Shown here: piece after piece, positions 57,737 to 64,000 of the stretch
Position numbering within the stretch: position 1 is the stretch's first letter
Layout: every line of letters starts with the position of its first letter
Source of the DNA: an uncultured Holdemania sp.
GTDB taxonomy: Bacteria > Bacillota_I > Bacilli_A > Erysipelotrichales > Erysipelotrichaceae
Assembly (NCBI GenBank): GCA_947037125.1
Contig: CAMQTJ010000006.1
Location: 8-64,007, forward strand
Length of the DNA: 64,000 nucleotides
Direction of reading: 5' to 3'
Notes under the pieces: generated by a model
Database searches by the model: none
What the model was told of the DNA's origin: nothing
What the model saw: only the letters and a program-made list of their open reading frames with translations
Program-made: the position numbers and the translations under genes

Positions 57737-58407
57737 TGAATTTCCTCCAATATATAGCCTAAGTTACGAGAGGATTTAATTCTTATATTAGCATCTAGAG
57801 TCTCAAGTTTTTTACGTAACACTGAAATATGCGTCCACACTACATTTATCTCACATTCGCAATCATATCCCCAAATCTTATCAATAAAAAACTGTGTTCC
57901 TATATACCTGCCTTGATTAATTAAAAGTATCTCCATAATTTGAAATTCTTTATTTGTAAGCATATGACTTCCACGTAATGTAGATATCTCGTATGTTACT
58001 TGGTTCAAAGTTACATTTTTAAAACCAAGTGTTACATTTAACTGTTCAGTCTTACGTCGTGTTATGGCTCTAATTCTTGCAAGCAACTCTTTTGTAACAA
58101 AAGGCTTTTCTAAATAGTCATCAGCACCACAATCTAATCCTTCAACCTTATCATCTATATCACTTTTTGCAGTCAATAGAATAATTGGAACATGATTTTT
58201 ATTCGCTCTAAGTCTTTTTAAAACACTAATACCGTCAAGCTTAGGTAACATTATATCTAGTACAATACAGTCATAATCGATTGCATTTATATAAGTAAGT
58301 GCATCTTCACCATCATACACAACATCAACAGCATATTTATTTAATTTTAATATCTCGCACAATGCCTCTGCTAGTGCTTTTTCATCTTCAACAACAAGTA
58401 TTCTCAT
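57730..58407 (-). CDS. OmpR/PhoB-family response regulator
   Basis: MRILVVEDE...VLDIMLPKLDG...DDYLEKPF plus a winged-helix C-terminus. The ATG at 58407 is preceded by GGGGGTAA; the ORF is open to 58458. Confidence 0.9.
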   Translation of the reverse strand: MRILVVEDEKALAEALCEILKLNKYAVDVVYDGEDALTYINAIDYDCIVLDIMLPKLDGISVLKRLRANKNHVPIILLTAKSDIDDKVEGLDCGADDYLEKPFVTKELLARIRAITRRKTEQLNVTLGFKNVTLNQVTYEISTLRGSHMLTNKEFQIMEILLINQGRYIGTQFFIDKIWGYDCECEINVVWTHISVLRKKLETLDANIRIKSSRNLGYILEEIQC

Positions 58408-58536
58408 GCTTTTACCCCCATCAATTTTTTTAATATCAGGCAATCGCCTTAAATTCACTATAAAATACCTTTAAATATGTATAAAAGTATGATTCGCAAC
58501 AATTTATTGTCAAATCATACTCCTATATTATATCAA

Positions 58537-61116
58537 TTATTCAAATAAATTACTATTGCCCTCAACAGCAATTTCTATATCATCTCCAGATATATTATCA
58601 AAAAATTCGCTATTCACGATTTTTCCATTAGAGCTATCATAAAGATAAATTGCAGAACCAGACATCTTTGCAACATTATTGCTGAAGGTACTATTAGAAA
58701 CTAATATTGTTGAGAAAATATCTTCAGGTAAACTCCATGATTCATCTACAAGATGTATAGATGTTGTGTTTTTGATTTCTTGTGAGGCTCTATCAGTTGT
58801 ATAAATAGCACCACCATTTAATGAGGTATTATTATCAAAAATACAATCAGTGAAAATTGCCATTGAACCATAGTCAACAAAAACAGCACCACCTTTGTAT
58901 GTTGAAGAATTATCTTCAAAAATACTATTGGTATACGTACTATCACATCCAGCACGTTCTAGTACAGCACCACCATAGTCCGCTGTGTTTTCTAAAAATT
59001 GAACATTATCAAATTCTGGATTTCCACCATGATAGGTGTAAACTGCACCACCCTCTTTTGCATGATTATCAACAAATATTGTATTTTTAATAATTGTATC
59101 AAACCCTAACAATGGAAGTGAATGCGGAACAATACGAGTTCCTGCTGAGTAGTTAAGTAAACCACCACCCTTTTGGTCATATACCTCGCCATCAACACCA
59201 TCAGCATTACCACCTGTAATTGTGAATCCATCTATAAGAGCATTACTGCTTCCAATTACAACATGATAACTATTATCTGACAGTTCATCTTTTACGCCAA
59301 TATCTCCACTTAAAATAGTTTCATTAAGAGTATAATCTCTTGATTCTAAGCTATTCTCGTCGCCACTAAAACCACCATATACATTAACACCTTCTCTTAA
59401 AATAAAGCTGTCACTACGTGTTTTTCCTGGGTTATACGTTCCTGAAGCAACCCATATAGATATAACTTCATTTGTTAAAATATAGTTCGCATTACCATTA
59501 TCAATTGCACCTTGTAAATCACTAGTTGCACCTAACCAACTTGTTCCATTTCCGTTACCATCTTGTGCTACATAAATCGTATTATTTTCAATTACAGCAT
59601 CTATAACCGGATTTGTTAGATCAATAGGTGTTGGATGTTCTGTATTTTCTATTGCTGTTAACTGTTCCAAAATAGACAGAATTTCTTCATCTGTTCTACT
59701 TTCTATTTCTGCATCATTATAGCCAATAGAATTACCATCTGCACCAAGTGTCAATGCAGGAGAATCACTTTGTAGTGAAAAATCTCCAGATGCAGGATCG
59801 TTAAATAATGGGTTTGTATTTAAAACATTTTCGCCATTAAAACCACCTTCAATAATACTATTACTTACAGATGTATTACACTCATTCCAATCGTAAATAC
59901 TAAGTGTATCTCCATCAGAAATATTACCCCAAATAATACTATCCATAACAACTGGATCATTAAATGGACCTGTACCTTGATACAAAGCAGGACCAACTAC
60001 GCTTGCTTCATTTCCATAAAAAGTACATTGTAGAAACTTAGAGTTTGATTCCCCATCATTTCCAACAGCTGCAGCTGTTGGTGACTCATTATCAAGAAAC
60101 AAACAGTTATAAAACATTGGATTTCCACCAAAATCATTATAAACAGCACCACCCTTGTTTTCACAAGTGTTATTTTCAAATACACAATCAATAAAGTTTG
60201 CCGCAGAATTCATATCGATTGATACTCCACCTCCACGCATCATAGCATAATTATCACTAATGCTACAATTTATGAAAGTTGGAAAACTATCTAAATCACC
60301 TACATTATTGATATAAACCCCACCAGCTTTTCCAGCAGTGTTACCTGTAATGATACAGTTTTTAATAGTTGGTGCCACTTCCCAAATAATAATACCACCA
60401 CCACTAGTCGATGTTTTTGCATCGCCTGACATAACTTGGTCTGGTGATGAATGTCCTAATGATTCTTCACCATCACTTGGTGCTTGCCCACCTTCTGGTG
60501 GTTGGCCACCTTCTGGTAATTGTCCACCCTCTGGTGCTTGTATACCTTCTGGTGGTTGTCCACCTTCTGGTGCTTGGCCGCCTTCAGGTGCTTGGCCACC
60601 TTCTGGTGCATGGCCGCCTTCAGGTGCTTGGCCGCCTTCAGGTGCTTGGCCGCCCTCTGGTGGTTGTCCACCTTCAGGTGGTGGTGTTCCACCCTCAGTA
60701 ATAGTAAATCCATCAATAATTGAATTAGCTGCAATAACAACATGAGTAGCTGCATTGTTGCCAGATAATGTCGTTACATTTTCTTCCAAAGATCTATCAT
60801 TAACAGTTTCTTCGGTTCCACTAAATCCACCATATACATCAACACTGTCCTTCATAGCAAATCCTGATGATTCTTCAGGTAAATATAAACCTTCCATCAC
60901 CCAAATTTCATCACTAGACGTTGCAATTTGTAAAGCAGTATCAAGGCTATCTAATGCCGAGTCCCAACTTGATCCATCTCCATTTGTAACACTTGAATCC
61001 ACATAAATAACATTTTTACTAGAATCTATACTAGAATCAGTATTAGACTCACTACACCCCACAAGAGTGCAAGAAATTAGTGTCATGCTTAAAAATAATA
61101 TAATCTTTTTCTTCAT
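58537..61116 (-). CDS. Large surface lipoprotein with two right-handed beta-helix-like modules and a (PEGGQA)n linker
   Basis: Signal peptide with lipobox MKKKIILFLSMTLISCTLVGC (RBS GAAGGAGAA). Two homologous modules (IYV...GDG.SW...L..AI......IWV..G.Y.P......F.....V.VYGGFSG.E......R......T.LSG.......HVVI.....IDGFTIT.G), each followed by GGA(V/I)Y/N-rich parallel beta-helix repeats. Confidence 0.75.
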   Translation of the reverse strand: MKKKIILFLSMTLISCTLVGCSESNTDSSIDSSKNVIYVDSSVTNGDGSSWDSALDSLDTALQIATSSDEIWVMEGLYLPEESSGFAMKDSVDVYGGFSGTEETVNDRSLEENVTTLSGNNAATHVVIAANSIIDGFTITEGGTPPPEGGQPPEGGQAPEGGQAPEGGHAPEGGQAPEGGQAPEGGQPPEGIQAPEGGQLPEGGQPPEGGQAPSDGEESLGHSSPDQVMSGDAKTSTSGGGIIIWEVAPTIKNCIITGNTAGKAGGVYINNVGDLDSFPTFINCSISDNYAMMRGGGVSIDMNSAANFIDCVFENNTCENKGGAVYNDFGGNPMFYNCLFLDNESPTAAAVGNDGESNSKFLQCTFYGNEASVVGPALYQGTGPFNDPVVMDSIIWGNISDGDTLSIYDWNECNTSVSNSIIEGGFNGENVLNTNPLFNDPASGDFSLQSDSPALTLGADGNSIGYNDAEIESRTDEEILSILEQLTAIENTEHPTPIDLTNPVIDAVIENNTIYVAQDGNGNGTSWLGATSDLQGAIDNGNANYILTNEVISIWVASGTYNPGKTRSDSFILREGVNVYGGFSGDENSLESRDYTLNETILSGDIGVKDELSDNSYHVVIGSSNALIDGFTITGGNADGVDGEVYDQKGGGLLNYSAGTRIVPHSLPLLGFDTIIKNTIFVDNHAKEGGAVYTYHGGNPEFDNVQFLENTADYGGAVLERAGCDSTYTNSIFEDNSSTYKGGAVFVDYGSMAIFTDCIFDNNTSLNGGAIYTTDRASQEIKNTTSIHLVDESWSLPEDIFSTILVSNSTFSNNVAKMSGSAIYLYDSSNGKIVNSEFFDNISGDDIEIAVEGNSNLFE
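60478..60696 (-). repeat. About 12 imperfect tandem 18-bp units encoding P-E-G-G-Q-(A/P)
   Basis: Plus-strand units TGGTGCTTGGCCACCTTC and variants, in frame inside the lipoprotein gene. Variants differ mainly at synonymous or A/P positions. Confidence 0.9.
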
Positions 61117-61337
61117 AATAAATTCTCCTTCATAATTCGTTGCCTTAATTATCATAGCAGTTGAACCTTAAGTAGACTTTAAGAATAAAAAATTATACGT
61201 TTTATCACAATATATAAATGTAACTTCAATACATGTTAGATGTTTTTGATTTAGAATCATAAATTTAACTTAAATCTAATTTATTTTTTTATCATCTAGC
61301 TCATTATATTATTAATTTTTATGTAATTATTTGTTAT

Positions 61338-61385
61338 TTAATTTAAATGTTGCTTACATGAAATTTCATCCACAACAAGTTTAAA
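61338..61385 (-). repeat. Direct repeat B (authentic 3' end of the PNPOx-family gene)
   Basis: Matches 56048-56096 and lies 5289 bp from copy A. Confidence 0.8.
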
Positions 61386-61811
61386 TATACATACACAATC
61401 AATCATTTTTTGACTAATTTCCCAATCATTTTTACCTGTTGTTTTACTCATTAGTTTTGACATACCTAATGATTTTTCATCATTATCTTCCACAAAAAGC
61501 AATGTTCCATTACCAATAATACTTTGGTAAAAAGCAGTACATTCCGTAGCACTTTCACCTACTTTTAATATATAATTTGTATCAAGTTCAAATCCAACTT
61601 GATTATTTTGCTTGATTAAATCAATTTTTCTACCACTCTTCGCACTATGAAAATAAAAAGTATAAACACCTTCATTTATTTCATATCCAAAGTTCATTGG
61701 AACAATGTAAACCTTGCCCCTATCATTAAACCCCAACCTACAACAATTACATGATTTAAAAATTTCTTCAATTTGTTCTACATCTACTACTTCTCTATCT
61801 TTTCTTCTCAT
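61338..61811 (-). CDS. Pyridoxamine 5'-phosphate oxidase family (FMN-binding split barrel, NimA-like) protein
   Basis: MRRKDREV.D...IEEI...C..CRLGF.D.GKVYIVPMNFGY pattern typical of the Pyridox_ox_2 family; 157 aa. Confidence 0.75.
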   Translation of the reverse strand: MRRKDREVVDVEQIEEIFKSCNCCRLGFNDRGKVYIVPMNFGYEINEGVYTFYFHSAKSGRKIDLIKQNNQVGFELDTNYILKVGESATECTAFYQSIIGNGTLLFVEDNDEKSLGMSKLMSKTTGKNDWEISQKMIDCVCIFKLVVDEISCKQHLN

Positions 61812-61945
61812 AATATCTCCTCACAACTGTTTGTCTTTTTAATTTTTTCTCTAATATTTTTTAGTAGTTTCCAAACTTTATCACAATAATTACTTATCAA
61901 TACATACTATAATTTATTTAATTTATTTAATTTATTTTTGTTATT

Positions 61946-62692
61946 TTAATTAAATGTTGCATAAACTTTATTTACTTGTGCAGGATATGTTTCTAATATA
62001 TTACCATCATAATAAACCCTTATTTTATCACCAACATTATAATAACTAATTGCATCTTTTTTTATTACATCAAGTGACACATTAATTAAATCACTACTCT
62101 TATAAATATCTTCATTTTGATTAACCTTTACAAGCACAGATTCTTTACCATACACTTCAACAACAATTCCTTCAAATCGTGGCTTATGTTGAATAACATC
62201 TTTCATTGTTAAAGGACGTGTGACATAGGTAATAATTGAAACAAATACAATAATACAACCAAAAAATAAACAATAATAATTTTTTTTATTACTATTATAT
62301 TTAAATGAATTATTTTTTCTCATAACATTTCCGTAATTAATAATTGTACCTAATCCCATAAATAACCAAAAACAATTAAACCATACATTATGTAAAGCAT
62401 GAATACTTTGATTATCTGCAACAATTCCTCTTGTTTCCATCATTATACTTATAGCAAATCCTAATACATATCCTATAACACAACTAATTGATATAAACTT
62501 TTGATTTAATATAAAAGCTATAATTAATATAATAATTGCCATTATACCCATAAGATTAGGTAATCCACCTAATCCAAATATTTCATTAATAAAAGTATAT
62601 TGCAAACAATAATAAAAGAATCCATAAACAACTAAACAAAAAACTATATGAAGTATTCTATTTTCTAATATTTTTTTATAATTTATTTTCAT
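61946..62692 (-). CDS. Membrane protein with C-terminal small beta-rich soluble domain (DUF3221/YobA-like, tentative)
   Basis: Five hydrophobic helices, then FEGIVVEVYGKESVLVKV...VGDKIRVYYDG.ILETYPAQ. Confidence 0.45.
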   Translation of the reverse strand: MKINYKKILENRILHIVFCLVVYGFFYYCLQYTFINEIFGLGGLPNLMGIMAIIILIIAFILNQKFISISCVIGYVLGFAISIMMETRGIVADNQSIHALHNVWFNCFWLFMGLGTIINYGNVMRKNNSFKYNSNKKNYYCLFFGCIIVFVSIITYVTRPLTMKDVIQHKPRFEGIVVEVYGKESVLVKVNQNEDIYKSSDLINVSLDVIKKDAISYYNVGDKIRVYYDGNILETYPAQVNKVYATFN

Positions 62693-62874
62693 TTTAAATT
62701 CTCCTTACTTTTAAAAAACATGTAATTAATCAACTATATTTTTAAATACATATTTTAAATTTATAATATAAAAAAGTCGATAAATTACATATAAGTAATC
62801 TACCAACTCGCTATATAGATTACACAAACATAGTTTCTAAATTAATTTAGAAGTTTTGTTATTTGATATCTAAT

Positions 62875-64000
62875 TTATTTTTTACGTTTTAATACAACAA
62901 TAGTTTCAACATGAGGAGTATTTGGGAACATGTCTACAGGCATTATTCTTTTAACTTCATATTTCATTGATAAATCCTTAAGATTTTTTGCAAGTGTTGC
63001 AGGGTTACATGAGATATAAACAATATTAGAAATCTTAGATCTAATAATTGTATCAAGCATACTATCATCTAAACCTGTTCTTGGTGGATCCACTAATAAT
63101 GTATCAATTTTACTACGCTTAGAAATTTTAGTTAATTCTTCAGCAGCATCTTCTGCGATAAACTTACAATTTTTTATTTTATTTAAAAATGCATTTTCAG
63201 TAGCATTATGTACAGCAACTTTAGAATACTCAATTCCAATAATATTTTTAAACTTATCACTCATCATCAATGACATTGCACCAACACCACAATATGCTTC
63301 AACAAGTAAATCACCAGGTTTAATTTGATCATATACTAAATTATATAATTTTTTTGCCTGTGTAGTATTTAACTGAAAGAATGATGCACAAGATAACTTT
63401 AATTTTAAATCATTAACTTCAAGAATAATATTTTTATTTTTACCTAAATGAATCCATTTAGTACTAAATATTTCAGTACCATATTTAAATGTATTTTGAT
63501 TTTGGTAAAGACTTGTAATATTTTCAATTTCTAATAAATCATCAACTAAATCAATAGCCAAGTCATTATTACCTGTAACTATAGCACACTGGTAAGTAGA
63601 ACCATCACCACGTACAACAACATTTTTAATTCCTGTTTTAGTACCTTCATAATAATCACGACACTTATGTTTATTTAAAGTATCCATAACATTTTTTCTG
63701 ATTTTATCAAGTTTTTTATCATGAATAATACAATCATCCATAACTAATAAATGATTGCTGTTTGCTTCATATAAACCAGAACATAATTTATCCTTGATAT
63801 TTTTAATAGGAAGTTTACATTGATTACGATAACCTAAAACTTTATCACTTGCAATTACATCCTCAACTAAATCGTGACTTATTCCAGCATATTTTTTTAA
63901 TGCTTCACAAAGTAAGTCTTTTTTGATTGTTAATTGTGTAGGATAATCATACACCATCAATGCACAACCACCACAACTACCTTGTATTCTGCATTTTGCA
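62875..64000 (-). CDS. 23S rRNA (uracil-C5)-methyltransferase, RumA/RlmCD family (5' end outside the window)
   Basis: The frame stays open to the window edge and reads AKCRIQGSCGGCA (Fe-S cysteines) upstream of the listed ORF. SAM motif EAYCGVGA, catalytic DPPR.G and YISCNP. Confidence 0.8.
   Translation of the reverse strand, partial: AKCRIQGSCGGCALMVYDYPTQLTIKKDLLCEALKKYAGISHDLVEDVIASDKVLGYRNQCKLPIKNIKDKLCSGLYEANSNHLLVMDDCIIHDKKLDKIRKNVMDTLNKHKCRDYYEGTKTGIKNVVVRGDGSTYQCAIVTGNNDLAIDLVDDLLEIENITSLYQNQNTFKYGTEIFSTKWIHLGKNKNIILEVNDLKLKLSCASFFQLNTTQAKKLYNLVYDQIKPGDLLVEAYCGVGAMSLMMSDKFKNIIGIEYSKVAVHNATENAFLNKIKNCKFIAEDAAEELTKISKRSKIDTLLVDPPRTGLDDSMLDTIIRSKISNIVYISCNPATLAKNLKDLSMKYEVKRIMPVDMFPNTPHVETIVVLKRKK

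Noticed and set aside
60478-60696. Possible CRISPR-like or regulatory tandem repeat
   Set aside because: The units are contiguous 18-mers with no spacers. They are in frame within a long CDS, and no cas genes are present, so this is a coding hexapeptide repeat.
60338-60755. Four overlapping ORFs (60338-60745 +, 60444-60701 +, 60520-60723 +, 60456-60755 -) with striking repetitive translations (PSGAWPPSG, LLVLGRLQVLG, etc.)
   Set aside because: They are alternative-frame and antisense readings of the 18-bp PEGGQA tandem array, where repeats suppress stop codons. The frame with a signal peptide, an RBS and 859 aa of continuous sensible sequence is the real gene.
61911-61945. Tandem AATTTATTT x3 upstream of the 248-aa membrane gene's stop region
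   Set aside because: A short AT-only low-complexity repeat in an AT-rich intergenic region. There is no evidence of function.
62835-62852. Perfect 18-nt palindrome TTCTAAATTAATTTAGAA downstream of the rumA-like gene, considered as a terminator or operator
   Set aside because: The stem is AT-only, and the U-tract is on the plus strand, where no gene ends. I kept it as an observation and did not call it a feature.

Overview
64-kb window from a very AT-rich, low-GC Gram-positive genome (Bacillota). All but seven called genes (two-component system 1, a secreted protein, a toxin-antitoxin pair and rpmB) are on the minus strand, and there are no rRNA genes, tRNA genes or CRISPR arrays. Assigning it to an Erysipelotrichia- or Clostridia-like lineage is inference only. 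It rests on yqfC/yqfD-like sporulation genes plus Bacillus-like gene order.

Two conserved housekeeping backbones are recognisable. The first is rsmE-mtaB-murE ... deoC-rpsU ... yqfC-yqfD ... ybeY-dgkA-cdd-era-recO (about 15-31.8 kb). The second is priA-rsmB-rlmN-PP2C phosphatase-PASTA kinase-rsgA-rpe-thiamine diphosphokinase, divergent from rpmB, next to ftsA-ftsZ (about 42-54 kb).

Accessory modules lie between and around these backbones:
- A GntR/ABC/tandem ABC-2 permease operon, an OmpR-type two-component system and a secreted protein (0.1-6.1 kb), bracketed by inverted copies of a dispersed repeat.
- A MITE-like hairpin element (6.25-6.40 kb).
- A Gp49/HigB-like toxin with an XRE antitoxin, where the toxin is frameshifted.
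- A GNAT acetyltransferase and an orphan purC.
- A second RsgA paralog co-oriented with a heterodimer-type ABC exporter pair, behind a promoter, a 27-codon leader ORF and an intrinsic terminator (9.2-14.0 kb). This looks like a BmrB/BmrCD-style attenuator.
- An ascorbate-family PTS locus with a PRD/EIIA regulator, a class II aldolase, a P-loop kinase-like protein and a 130-aa orphan (21.8-27.4 kb).
- A uracil permease with a PyrR-like site, a CNNM/CorC gene with a long structured leader, and a T-box-controlled metNIQ.
- A YfhO glycosyl carrier protein.
- A 5.3-kb segment carrying a second two-component system and an 859-aa beta-helix lipoprotein with a (PEGGQA)n array. It is flanked by direct repeats that duplicate the 3' end of a PNPOx-family gene (56.05-61.39 kb).

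Function calls come from reading motifs in the supplied translations. No database search was run.
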